64,000 nucleotides of DNA, from contig CAVYVF010000022.1 of NCBI GenBank assembly GCA_963771885.1, forward strand, positions 32,001 through 96,000, given 5' to 3'. The stretch's first letter is position 1; every line of letters starts with the position of its first letter. Positions 21,591 through 31,351 of this stretch are shown here, piece after piece. The stretch is from Candidatus Bathyarchaeota archaeon. GTDB taxonomy: Archaea; Thermoproteota; Bathyarchaeia; TCS64. The position numbers were made by a program, and so were the translations under genes. The notes beneath the pieces are model-generated. The model saw only the letters and a program-made list of their open reading frames with translations, was not told where the DNA came from and did no database searches.

Positions 21591-22352
21591 CTAGGGAGTG
21601 AACTTCTCCCCGCCGGTGAAGACGCGCTGTAGCTCTGAGTAGAGTACTTGGAAGCCGTCCTGCGTCTTCGAGGAGACGGCGATGGGGCTGAACTCGACGC
21701 CCATCCTCTCGATGATTTCGAGCATGTCCGCGCTCATCTCCCTGTTCATACCGCTAAGCTTGGCGTCAACCGCCTCGCGGAGCACCTCGGAGTCGTCTGC
21801 CCAACTCATCATGCCTTCGAGCTCGTTCGCCTTGAGTAAGTCGACCTTGCTGAATACCTGGAACTGGGGGAGCTGGAAACGGACGTTTATGGCGGATGCT
21901 AGGAACATGTTCATGACGTAGTTTAGTGGGTCGCGGCAGAAGCCCGCGTCGAAGAGGTAGACTAGGCCTTTGTCGGCGTCTGTGAGCTTCTCCGCCACTT
22001 CAGCGCCTATATTGCGGAAGGCGAATAGCTCCATCTGCCCCGGGGTATCGACTATGCAGATGTCTGGTGTGAAGTCCTCGATGTCCTGGCTGACTTGGTC
22101 CACGACATCTTTGATCGCGTCCGTGGCGGCGACGAGGCCGCCATTTGGACCGAGGCCGTACTCCTCCATGATGTCCTCGACTTTTATGTAGTCGCGGATG
22201 TCTACGTTTGCTGAGTATGGGAGGCTTGGGGCGCCTGGGTCGAGGTTTATCGCCATGACGTCCTCGCGCTGCATCTCGAGGAAGCGGGTGAACGTGGCTG
22301 TGAGGCTTGACTTGCCGCTACCGGCAGTCCCAACCATGAATATCATGTGCAT
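21591..22352 (-). CDS. GPN-loop GTPase
   Basis: GTAGSGKS, NLDPG, LGPNGG, DTPGQMELF. Confidence 0.93.
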   Translation of the reverse strand: MHMIFMVGTAGSGKSSLTATFTRFLEMQREDVMAINLDPGAPSLPYSANVDIRDYIKVEDIMEEYGLGPNGGLVAATDAIKDVVDQVSQDIEDFTPDICIVDTPGQMELFAFRNIGAEVAEKLTDADKGLVYLFDAGFCRDPLNYVMNMFLASAINVRFQLPQFQVFSKVDLLKANELEGMMSWADDSEVLREAVDAKLSGMNREMSADMLEIIERMGVEFSPIAVSSKTQDGFQVLYSELQRVFTGGEKFTP

Positions 22353-22357
22353 TGCGG

Positions 22358-23398
22358 TTAACCTGTGAGTTCCCTGAAAGATTCGTATGCCTTGACTAGA
22401 CTCGTGCGGTCTGCCCTCTTAAAGGCGTAGCCACAGACGGATGAGACTAGACCCTTTTCGCCCTTGTCCTTGGCGACCTTCATCCCCCTTATGGCGTCAA
22501 GGAGGATCGAACCACCGTTCGGAGCGTCCTCGCTGCTCAGCTTCAGATCCATCGTGAATGGGACGCCTCCGAAGTAGCGGCCCTTGACCCAAAAGAAGCT
22601 GTCACGCCCATTGCCGAGGAAGTCGACGAAGTCGGTCGAGCCGGAGACGAGCGGGAACTTGTACGGCACGTGACCAGTGACGGCAGCCGTCTTTATGCTC
22701 CTCTTCGTGTCTTTAGTCTTCTCCAGCGTGCTGATGGACTCTGCGCCGCCTCCGACATCGAGCTGATAGCTCTCGTCGATATGCGCGCCACGGCTGTGTA
22801 GGAACTCGAGGATGCCGATGTGGATGGCTGTCGCGCCGACCTGGTCGAGGAGATCATCACCCGAAAGGGGCAGCTTCGCTGCAACGAATTTTTTCACAAA
22901 CACGTCGTCGCTTGCGATACTCGAAGGCGTTGCGTTGATGTAGGCGCACCCCGCGTCGAGCGCCGCCTTCGCGTAGAGGGCGGAGGCCTTGTCGCTGCCT
23001 CCAGAGACCATATTTATGAGGATGTCTGCCTTCGCCTTCTTGAGCTCCGCTGCGACGTCGACGGGCTCCTCCTTGGCCCGCTTGATGCTACTGAGGGTAC
23101 CCTCTTCAACTAGGTCGGGGGCAGGCCCCATCTTGACAGTGACGCCGATCTTTGGCACATCGACTATCTTCGGTGCATTATTGGGTTTCGCGAATATGGC
23201 CTCGGAGAGGTCCTTGCCCACCTTCGCCTCCGAGATGTCGAATGCGGCGACGAACTTGATGTCGCTGGGCTTGTAGCCACCAAGCGTGGGGTGGAGGAGC
23301 CCCATAGGCTCCTTTGCCTTGGAGTAGTAGCGCACACCCTGCACTGTGCTTGAGCAGAGGTTCCCAATACCTGCGAAGGCGACCCGTATCTCACCCAT
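22358..23398 (-). CDS. myo-inositol-1-phosphate synthase family protein
   Basis: GIGNLCSSTVQG, FVAAFDI, GDD..DQVGAT, YQLDVGG, EDAPNGG. Confidence 0.8.
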   Translation of the reverse strand: MGEIRVAFAGIGNLCSSTVQGVRYYSKAKEPMGLLHPTLGGYKPSDIKFVAAFDISEAKVGKDLSEAIFAKPNNAPKIVDVPKIGVTVKMGPAPDLVEEGTLSSIKRAKEEPVDVAAELKKAKADILINMVSGGSDKASALYAKAALDAGCAYINATPSSIASDDVFVKKFVAAKLPLSGDDLLDQVGATAIHIGILEFLHSRGAHIDESYQLDVGGGAESISTLEKTKDTKRSIKTAAVTGHVPYKFPLVSGSTDFVDFLGNGRDSFFWVKGRYFGGVPFTMDLKLSSEDAPNGGSILLDAIRGMKVAKDKGEKGLVSSVCGYAFKRADRTSLVKAYESFRELTG

Positions 23399-23448
23399 GG
23401 TTCCACCTACGGAGTGAGGGGCAGGTACGGGTATGAAAGCGTAACGTT

Positions 23449-23898
23449 TCAGCCTAGAGGCTTCTCCATCGCGATGCCGTCCTCATCACGGTAGTAATTG
23501 GGGAGGTGTCCGGTCTCGACATAGCCGCGCTTCAGGTAGAGTATCTTAGCGGGGATGTTCGAGGCACGCACCTCAAGGTATGAGGCAACTGCGCCTCTCT
23601 CCGAGAACCGACGTTCCAGCTCGTCGAGCAGCCTCCCCGCAAGCCCCTTGCGCCTCCAATCCAGCGCGACGGCAATGTTCATCACGTGTCCCACCCTCTC
23701 TGCCCCGCGCTTTTCAACCTCCCCTATAGCGTAGCCTATAACCGCGCCCTCGGCCTCGGCGACGAGAAAAAGTTCAGGTGCCCTGCCCCGCATTAGGAAG
23801 AAAATCGACCTCGGCCAAGGGTCCGTGTAGCTGCCCACTTCTATCCTGTGAACCGTGGCGATGTCAGCCGCCGTTACTGACTTTATTGTGGGCTCCAA
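23449..23898 (-). CDS. RimI/Ard1-type N-acetyltransferase
   Basis: GHVMNIAV, RRKGLAGRLL, LEVRASN, YYRDEDG. Confidence 0.88.
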   Translation of the reverse strand: MEPTIKSVTAADIATVHRIEVGSYTDPWPRSIFFLMRGRAPELFLVAEAEGAVIGYAIGEVEKRGAERVGHVMNIAVALDWRRKGLAGRLLDELERRFSERGAVASYLEVRASNIPAKILYLKRGYVETGHLPNYYRDEDGIAMEKPLG

Positions 23899-23944
23899 CT
23901 CGGTCTCGGAGTGGGCGCATCGTTATTTATGGGTTAGGCTGAGT

Positions 23945-24988
23945 ATGCAGAGTGGCACCCCATTGAACAAGAGGGCGCTCGCTTTCACTATCGTAGGAGT
24001 CGTCTTCTTCGTCGCGTACCTCGTCTGGTCGAATCCCCTCGAAGCATTTGCCCAGGTTGGCACCTTCAATGTTCCCATATACTTGGTCGCCGTCGCCGTC
24101 GACTTCCTCGGGCTCATGTTCTGGGCTACCTCGTGGTACCTCATACTCAGGGCGATGAAGGTCGAAATAGGCCTATGGACTACTACGCAGCTAAGCTTCA
24201 CGAGTCTCTTCATAGGATGGATCGCGCCGTTGCCGTTAATGACCGAGATGGTGCGCGCCTACCTCATCAAGGATAGGTCCACTTCGAACCTTGGGAAGGG
24301 GCTGAGCAGCGTGCTGGTTCACAGAGCCTACTATAACATCGCCTTCGGTTTGATAATCGGAGGGACCACGTTCATCACGCTGGTGAGTGGCGGACAGATT
24401 CCCATCAACCCCGCAGTGTCCTGGTTCCTAACAGTCTTCGCCCTCGTTAGCGTCGCCGTTTTCATTCTCACCCTAAACAAGCGCGCATTGACCTATGTTT
24501 ACTCGAAAAGCCCACAGTTTGTAAGGCGCAAGGTGTTCGACAGATACCGCAACTCCGAGACAGGGGAGAATGGGTTCAACCATGTGATCGAGGACATAGC
24601 CGACGCGATCTGTGCCTTGAAGGCGGAGATGGGCTTGAACCTCGCAGCTTTCGCCATGCTCGTCTTCCACTGGAGTGCCGGCGTTGTGACCACATACCTC
24701 TCCGCCATGGCCCTCGGCGTCCAGCTAGACATCTCTACGGCGATATTCGCTTTCGCCTTCGTCGAGTTCCTACAGCAGATAAACTTCTTCATACCCAGCG
24801 GGATAGGTATACTAGACGCGGGGCTCGCGGGTGCTCTCGTCCTCGCCGGGATTCCCCTTTCGATGGCAGCCGCGATAAGTCTTCTCACGCGACTCGCCAC
24901 ATACTGGCTCGAGATAGCCCTCTGCACACCTATAGCCTTCCGCTTAGGCTACAAGGAGTTTCTTGCCAAGTACTTCGGCGGCGGGTAG
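23945..24988 (+). CDS. UPF0104 / lysylphosphatidylglycerol synthase TM (flippase-like) protein
   Basis: Multi-TM; EMVRAYL, IPSGIGILD, LLTRLATYW. Confidence 0.8.
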   Translation: MQSGTPLNKRALAFTIVGVVFFVAYLVWSNPLEAFAQVGTFNVPIYLVAVAVDFLGLMFWATSWYLILRAMKVEIGLWTTTQLSFTSLFIGWIAPLPLMTEMVRAYLIKDRSTSNLGKGLSSVLVHRAYYNIAFGLIIGGTTFITLVSGGQIPINPAVSWFLTVFALVSVAVFILTLNKRALTYVYSKSPQFVRRKVFDRYRNSETGENGFNHVIEDIADAICALKAEMGLNLAAFAMLVFHWSAGVVTTYLSAMALGVQLDISTAIFAFAFVEFLQQINFFIPSGIGILDAGLAGALVLAGIPLSMAAAISLLTRLATYWLEIALCTPIAFRLGYKEFLAKYFGGG

Positions 24989-25024
24989 CAACTATTTATC
25001 GGAGGCGCTGACTATCTGTGGCGT

Positions 25025-26014
25025 ATGCTCCGCCTCGGTATAATAGGCTGCGGTAGGGTTACCACGATGTTCCATCTGAAGGCGATTGAGGCCTCGGGCG
25101 TCGTGGAACTGGTTAGCATCTCTGATAAAGGTGAGGGGCAACTCGCTGAGGTCAAGGGAGCAACAGGCGTCGGTCATGCCTGCGGAGACTACCACGAGCT
25201 CCTTGCTAGATCAGACGTGGAGGCGGTCGCCATAAACACGCCCCCACGGTTCCACGAGGAGATGACCCTCGAGGCGCTAAAGATGGGAAAGCATGTCCTC
25301 TGCGAGAAGCCGCTGGCGCAGACCGTCGAAGGCTGCGAGAGAATAAAGAAGGCGATGGGAAGCCTCATCGTCTTACCCGCCCACAACTACGTCTACACCC
25401 CCGCCCTCTACAAGATGGAGGAGATAATCAAGCAGGGCACGATAGGCAAAGTTGAGTCGGTCAAACTCAACTTCGAGAACAACCTCGGCTTCTACGGGTC
25501 GAAGACGGACTTCCGCACGAAGGACCCGAAGGGGATAGTCGAGGACGTTATGCCCCACATACTGAGCGTCGCAGGCGTCGTCGCCGGTAGACCTAGCAAA
25601 GTACTCAACGTCTCAGGTAAATGCAGAAAGTATGATGTCTGTGACAACCTCCACGCTGACATAGAGACCGTGAGCGGCGCTAAACTCGACTGCACTGCGA
25701 GCTGGACCCGCACAATCCCAACCTTCGCGGTTGCTATCAAGGGCGAGAAGGGCGGCATAACCAGCGACTTCGCCATAAATCCCTATAGCTACACTGTCGA
25801 ATCCGAAGGCGCGAAGAAGAAGACGAGCGAGAGGGGCATCGATTGGTACCTCGACCTCGCACAGTTCAAGCACCCTAGCTTCCCAGAGCAGTACAGACAC
25901 CTCGACAAACTCGTCCACGAGGGAGGGGAGCCGAGGATAACGGTTGACGACGAGATAGCGATGCTCGCCGTAATGAAGGAGATGGGGGATAGAATAGCCC
26001 CCGGGGTGAAGTAG
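25025..26014 (+). CDS. Gfo/Idh/MocA oxidoreductase
   Basis: GIIGCG, GKHVLCEKP, DVMPH. Confidence 0.9.
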   Translation: MLRLGIIGCGRVTTMFHLKAIEASGVVELVSISDKGEGQLAEVKGATGVGHACGDYHELLARSDVEAVAINTPPRFHEEMTLEALKMGKHVLCEKPLAQTVEGCERIKKAMGSLIVLPAHNYVYTPALYKMEEIIKQGTIGKVESVKLNFENNLGFYGSKTDFRTKDPKGIVEDVMPHILSVAGVVAGRPSKVLNVSGKCRKYDVCDNLHADIETVSGAKLDCTASWTRTIPTFAVAIKGEKGGITSDFAINPYSYTVESEGAKKKTSERGIDWYLDLAQFKHPSFPEQYRHLDKLVHEGGEPRITVDDEIAMLAVMKEMGDRIAPGVK

Positions 26015-26881
26015 TTGGCAAAGGTCGCGCTAGTAAAGGCGGGGGATATAGAAGCATCAGTAAGAAGGGCTGTAGAACTCGCAGGGGGCTTTCAGATCAA
26101 GCCTGGGATGAAGGTCGTCATCAAGCCCAACGTCTGTAACTCCAAGAACCCACAGGGTATGGTCCTCACCGACTTCAAAATCGTCGAGGCCGCAGTCAAG
26201 ATGATTAGGGAGAAGGGCTGCGAACCACTCATAGTCGAGTCAGACAACATCGCCGATACGGGAGACAACCGCGTCAGAGACTCCGGCCTCAGGGCGAAGC
26301 TCGACGAATGGGGCGTCAAGTTCCTAAACCTCAGCGGCGACCAGTGTGTCCCCCATAGAGTCGCGGACACTGAGATCATGATCCCAAAGACCATGCTGGA
26401 AGCCGACTACGTCGTTAATCTCGCCAAAATGAAGACCTGCGCCCACACCACAGTCACCCTCGGTATCAAGAACCTCTACGGCTGCTTCCAAGAAGCGAAG
26501 AAGAGTAGACTCCATAAAAAGCTCGACGAGGTCCTACCCTACCTGGCGAAGATAATAAGGACTGACATGACGGTCATCGACGGGCTGACCTGTATGGAGG
26601 GCAACGGCCCAGTCGTGGGTAACCCCCGCAGGATGGGCGTCGTCGTTGCTGGCACCGACGTCGTTGCCGTAGACAGCTTCTGTGTTGGGCTGATGGGCTT
26701 CAAGCCCGAGGAGATAAGGCACGTCGCCAACACGGCGTTCCTCGGAGTCGGGCAGATGGACGGTTACGAGGTCGTCGGCGATCCATGGAAGGGATTCGTC
26801 TGCCAGTTCGAGCGCCCCTACTCACTAAAGGCAACGTTCAAGTCGTTAGGCGCCGTCAGGGACGTCTACCTCAAGCGTTAA
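26015..26881 (+). CDS. DUF362 domain protein
   Basis: VVIKPN, KMKTC, TLGIKNLYG, MEGNGP, DVVAVD. Confidence 0.85.
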   Translation: MAKVALVKAGDIEASVRRAVELAGGFQIKPGMKVVIKPNVCNSKNPQGMVLTDFKIVEAAVKMIREKGCEPLIVESDNIADTGDNRVRDSGLRAKLDEWGVKFLNLSGDQCVPHRVADTEIMIPKTMLEADYVVNLAKMKTCAHTTVTLGIKNLYGCFQEAKKSRLHKKLDEVLPYLAKIIRTDMTVIDGLTCMEGNGPVVGNPRRMGVVVAGTDVVAVDSFCVGLMGFKPEEIRHVANTAFLGVGQMDGYEVVGDPWKGFVCQFERPYSLKATFKSLGAVRDVYLKR

Positions 26882-26966
26882 TCGTCTCCCGTCGAAGACT
26901 CTATCGATCCCTGTCGATTCGCTTATATAGAAAACACCCAACCTATCCTTCAAGTTTCCGGAGAGG

Positions 26967-28010
26967 TTGCATCATTTGAAGACTCTCATCAGGGTCGGCA
27001 TAGTGGGCTATGGCGCCTATGTGCCGATGTTCAGGCTCAAGGCAGCCGAGGTCAACCGCATGTGGGGGACCTCAGGGGAGCCCGTCGAGGAGAAGGCGGT
27101 CGTGGCTCTCGATGAGGACACCGTCACAATAGCGGTCGAGTGCGCGAGGCAGGCTGTGAAGCGCTCAGGTGTTGATCCGTCGCTCATCGGGGCGGTCTAC
27201 GTCGGCACCGAGTCCAAGCCATACGCTGTCAAGCCCTCGGGCACAATCGTCGCCGAGGTCATCGGTGCGACGCCCAGCGTCTCAACCGCCGACTACGAGT
27301 TCGCCTGCAAAGCGGGCACCGAGGCGATGCAGACCTGCATCGGTCTAGTCGGCAGTGGGATGCAGAAGTACGCTATGGGCATAGGCGCCGATACGGCGCA
27401 GGGTAAACCAATGGACGCGTTGGAGTACACCGCCGCTTGTGGAGGCGCCGCCTACCTCTTCGGCCCAGCCGAGGAGAGCGTCGCCGAACTCGAAGCCTCT
27501 TACAGCTTCGTCACCGATACCCCAGACTTCTGGCGCAGGCCCAAGGAGATGTACCCGCGCCACGGCAACCGATTCACTGGAGAGCCAGCCTATTTCAAGC
27601 ATATCACAGGCGCGGGCAAAGCGCTCCTCGCCGAGACGGGATATAAGCCAACGGACTTCAAGTGGGCGGTATTCCATCAGCCTAATGCAAAGTTCCCGAT
27701 CAACGTCGCCAAGATGCTCGGGTTCAGCATGGACCAGATCAACCCCGGGCTTGTCAGTCCCGTCGTGGGCAACACCTACGCCGGCTCGAGCCCGCTGGGA
27801 CTAGCAGCGACCCTGGATGTCGCCGAGCCGGGTGACAAGATATTCATGGTCAGCTACGGCAGCGGCTCGGGAAGCGACGCTTTCGTCTGGAAGGTGCGCG
27901 ACCCGATAAAGCAGCGTCGCGGCGGACCCAAGGTTAAGAGCTACATAGACAGGAAGAAGTACGTCGACTACGCGACGTACCTGCGCCACAGGGGGCAGAT
28001 TATAGCATGA
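26967..28010 (+). CDS. hydroxymethylglutaryl-CoA synthase (archaeal type)
   Basis: DEDTVT, GTESKPYAVKP, FACKAGT, DTPDFWRR, FHQPN, GNTYAG, SYGSG. Confidence 0.93.
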   Translation: MHHLKTLIRVGIVGYGAYVPMFRLKAAEVNRMWGTSGEPVEEKAVVALDEDTVTIAVECARQAVKRSGVDPSLIGAVYVGTESKPYAVKPSGTIVAEVIGATPSVSTADYEFACKAGTEAMQTCIGLVGSGMQKYAMGIGADTAQGKPMDALEYTAACGGAAYLFGPAEESVAELEASYSFVTDTPDFWRRPKEMYPRHGNRFTGEPAYFKHITGAGKALLAETGYKPTDFKWAVFHQPNAKFPINVAKMLGFSMDQINPGLVSPVVGNTYAGSSPLGLAATLDVAEPGDKIFMVSYGSGSGSDAFVWKVRDPIKQRRGGPKVKSYIDRKKYVDYATYLRHRGQIIA

Positions 28011-29149
28011 GGAAGGTAGCGGTTGCCGGAATCGGGTTTACCAAGGTCGGCGAGCCCTGGGAGAGGAACGTCAAGGAACTCTTCGCCGAGGCGGCGTTAG
28101 GTGCCATGAGGGATGCGTCGCAAACCGAAGTCGAACATCTTTACGTCGCCAACATGATGGGTGCACACCTACAGGGACAGATAGGCATGGGCGCTATGAT
28201 GGCGGAGGCCATCGGCAGACCCGGCCTCCCCGCTGTCAGGATCGAGGCGGGGCAGGCAAGCGGTGGAGTCGCCTTCCATGAGGGAGTCAAGGCGGTCGCA
28301 TCCGGTATGAGTGACTGGGTTCTCGTCGGCGGAGTCGAGAAGATGAGCGACCTCCTACCCGAGGCTGTCACCAGCGCTATAGTTGGCGTGGAGGATCAGG
28401 AATACACATCATACACTGGCGTAACTAAGACGGGACTCTCAGCGATACTTCACAGGCTCTACAGCCATGAGTACGGTGCGACACCCGAGGAGATCGGGTG
28501 GTTCGCTGCCCGGAGCCACGACAACGCAGTAGGCGTCGCACACGCCCAGTACCCCTTCAAGCTCAGTATCGAGCGCGTCATGACGAGCCCCATGGAGGCC
28601 GATCCAATCAGGATGATGGAGTGTGCTGCGGTTGCTGATGGCGCAGCCGCTGTGCTCCTCGGGCCAGTCGATAAGGTCGCCAATGGAATCGAGGTTGTGG
28701 CTTCAACTGTCGCCACCGACCACCTCTTATTAGCCGCACGCAAGAACCCACTCACACTCGAGGCTGTAAAAAAGGCGGCGGAGAAAGCGTACTCGGTCGC
28801 CAGGCTCCAGCCGAGGGACATCGATGTCTTAGAGGTAACCGACGACACGACTATCGATGGTGTCCTCAGCCTTGAGGACCTCGGCTTCGCTGAGAAGGGT
28901 AAGGGGGCTAAGATGGTGGCAAAGGGTGCTACGACGAGGACCGGCGAGATACCGACGAACAACTTCGGCGGACTTAAGGCGAGGGGCAACCCAATCGCCG
29001 CGACGGGCCTCTACCAGATCGCTGAGACGGTCATACAACTACGCGGTAAAGCAGGGACAAACCAGGTTCCCGACGCTAAGGTAGGGATGGCGCAGAGCAT
29101 GGCGGGCGTAGGCTCCACCTGCTCCGTCGCCATACTAAGGAGGGGTTAA
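28007..29149 (+). CDS. thiolase-fold protein of the HMGS-thiolase-DUF35 cluster with substituted catalytic residues
   Basis: GGVEKMSD, DGAAA, EDLGF; IEAGQASGG and GGLKARGNPIAATG. Confidence 0.88.
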   Translation: MRKVAVAGIGFTKVGEPWERNVKELFAEAALGAMRDASQTEVEHLYVANMMGAHLQGQIGMGAMMAEAIGRPGLPAVRIEAGQASGGVAFHEGVKAVASGMSDWVLVGGVEKMSDLLPEAVTSAIVGVEDQEYTSYTGVTKTGLSAILHRLYSHEYGATPEEIGWFAARSHDNAVGVAHAQYPFKLSIERVMTSPMEADPIRMMECAAVADGAAAVLLGPVDKVANGIEVVASTVATDHLLLAARKNPLTLEAVKKAAEKAYSVARLQPRDIDVLEVTDDTTIDGVLSLEDLGFAEKGKGAKMVAKGATTRTGEIPTNNFGGLKARGNPIAATGLYQIAETVIQLRGKAGTNQVPDAKVGMAQSMAGVGSTCSVAILRRG

Positions 29150-29150
29150 G

Positions 29151-29544
29151 ATGAGTGTTCCAAGATATTGGCGCGAGGAGAAGCCCCGTTATAGGCTCAT
29201 GGGAGAGGAATGCGCCAAGTGCGGTGCCAAGCACTATCCAAAAACACCCGTCTGCATCTGCGGCTCTAACGAATTCAAGCCATACAAACTCGCTGAGGTG
29301 GGCAAGGTAAAGAGCTGGACAGATCATCAGGAACGCCCCAGTTGGCTATGAGAAATACACGCCGTATTTAGTTGCCCTGATTGAGCTCGACGATGGCGTC
29401 CAGATACTGAGCCAAGTGGTCGATGTTGAGCCTGAAGCGGTCAAGGTGGGCATGAAGGTTGAATACGCCTTCCGCAAGGTCACTGAGGATGGGCAGGCGG
29501 GGCTACTCCAGTACGGGTACAAGTTCCGTCCAGTCGTCGAGTAA
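29151..29544 (+). CDS. DUF35 Zn-ribbon/OB-fold protein (frameshift at ~29320)
   Basis: CAKCG..YP...C.CG; continues IIRNAPVGYEKYTPYLVALIELDDG...QYGYKFRPVVE*. Confidence 0.88.
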
Positions 29545-29603
29545 TCACCTATTTTTACTATCTTTATATTTCTCACCCCCAACAAGTGGTTGGGCTGTCG
29601 AAG

Positions 29604-31148
29604 ATGTCCACGGGCAACATATACGAGACAATCACTGAGATCGCGAAGAGGCGCGGCTTCTTCTGGCCGAGCTTCGAGATATACGGGAACATAGCTGGCT
29701 TCACGACATACGGCGACGTGGGCGTCAAGCTCAAGCGCAACATAGAGGCCCAGTGGCGCGAGTCGTTCGTCCGCCGCCAGGGATTCTTCGAGATCGAGGA
29801 CCCAATAGTCAACAGCAGCAAGGTCTTCGAGGCTAGCGGCCACCTCGCCAACTTCAAGGAGTACGCCGCGTCCTGCAGCCAATGCGGACGTGGCTTCCGC
29901 GCAGATCACCTCATCGAGGAGAAGACGGGTATGGAGCACGTCGAGGCACTTGGCGGTGACGCCATCAAGAAGCTCCTAGTGGATAACAACATCAAGTGCC
30001 CGGTCTGCGGCGGCGCATTAAAGGAGCCTACGCTCGTCCTCACAATGTTCCAGACTCAGATCGGCGCCACTGGCGGTGAGGTTGGCTACATGCGTCCCGA
30101 GGCGGCGCAGGGCATGTTCACAAACTTCAAGCGATGTTATCAGGCGAATAGGGAGCGGATACCATTTGCCATCAGCCAGCAGGGCAAGGTGTTGCGCAAC
30201 GAAGTCAGCCCACGCAGAGGCATGCACAGGCTCCGCGAGTTCACGATCATGGAGCTGGAGCTGTTCTTTGACCCTCAGAACCCCGCCTGCCCTTGGCTTA
30301 AGGAGGTGGAGGATGAGAAGGTTCGCCTCTACACTGAGGAGATGGAGGAGAAAGGCGCAAAGGAGCCGCTTGAGATCACGATCAAGGAGGCAGTGGCGAG
30401 CGGGCTCGTACTCACAGAGTGGCAGGGCTACTTCATGGGCGTGGGCAAGCGCTTCATGCAGAGCCTAGGGGTACCCACGGAGAGCCAGCAATTCCGCGCG
30501 CACCTCCCACAGGAGCGCAGCCACTACAGCAGCCAGACCTTCGACCACGAGGTCTACACGAAGAGCTGGGGCTGGATAGAGGTCGCGGGCCACGCCAACA
30601 GGACCGACTACGACCTCAAGGCCCATCAGAAGGGTAGCGGCGTCGATATGTCGGTGCTCCGTAAGGACGGGACACGATTCGTCCCCCACGTCATCGAGCC
30701 CAGCTACGGGCTGGATAGGCTCACATTCGTTGCCATGGAGACCGCCTACGAGCTCAGGGAGACGGCGAAGGAGAAGAGGACCATCTTCAGGTTCCCGAGA
30801 AACCTTGCCCCATATCAGGTCTCGGTCCAGCCGCTCGTCACAAAGGACGGTCTGCCCGAGAAGGCGATGACCGTCTACGACACTGTGCTCGCCGAGGGCT
30901 TCAGGGCCGTCTTCGACGACGGAGGAAGCATCGGGCGCCGCTACGCGAGGCAGGACGAGGTCGGTACGCCACTAGCCGTCACAGTCGACTACACAACTAT
31001 GGAGAAGGGCATCCTAACAATCCGCGAGAGGGATAGCTGGCAGCAGGTGACGCTACACGTCGATGATTTGCCGGCGAAGCTCCACGCCTACTTCAGGGGC
31101 GCCGAGTTCACTGGCCTCGGTCAGCTTGTCGTGCGCGGCGCAGAGTGA
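29604..31148 (+). CDS. glyS: glycine--tRNA ligase (archaeal/eukaryal type)
   Basis: RRGFFWPS, RPEAAQG, RNEVSPR, HVIEPSYGLDR, SIGRRYARQDEVG. Confidence 0.95.
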   Translation: MSTGNIYETITEIAKRRGFFWPSFEIYGNIAGFTTYGDVGVKLKRNIEAQWRESFVRRQGFFEIEDPIVNSSKVFEASGHLANFKEYAASCSQCGRGFRADHLIEEKTGMEHVEALGGDAIKKLLVDNNIKCPVCGGALKEPTLVLTMFQTQIGATGGEVGYMRPEAAQGMFTNFKRCYQANRERIPFAISQQGKVLRNEVSPRRGMHRLREFTIMELELFFDPQNPACPWLKEVEDEKVRLYTEEMEEKGAKEPLEITIKEAVASGLVLTEWQGYFMGVGKRFMQSLGVPTESQQFRAHLPQERSHYSSQTFDHEVYTKSWGWIEVAGHANRTDYDLKAHQKGSGVDMSVLRKDGTRFVPHVIEPSYGLDRLTFVAMETAYELRETAKEKRTIFRFPRNLAPYQVSVQPLVTKDGLPEKAMTVYDTVLAEGFRAVFDDGGSIGRRYARQDEVGTPLAVTVDYTTMEKGILTIRERDSWQQVTLHVDDLPAKLHAYFRGAEFTGLGQLVVRGAE

Positions 31149-31305
31149 CGTAGCCTGCGACGCCCTCGACCTCGGCGACGTAGACGCCGTCGAGAACCTT
31201 GGATACTCCCTTATCATCCTTTAATGCTACCCCCTCAGGGGTCCCCTTAACGAGCCTCACCTTCTCCATTAGCAGCTCCTTATCGAGGTAGACGCGGAAC
31301 AGCAT
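31108..31305 (-). CDS. CooT-like small protein
   Basis: 65 aa MLFRVYLDKELLMEKVRLV...VALKDDKGVSKVL..VAEVEG..VTL; ELLME pattern resembles CooT. Confidence 0.45.
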   Translation of the reverse strand: MLFRVYLDKELLMEKVRLVKGTPEGVALKDDKGVSKVLDGVYVAEVEGVAGYVTLRRARQADRGQ

Positions 31306-31351
31306 GCCGACTCGACTGAAAAAGAGCGCACGGTGTGTAAAACGTTTCGGG

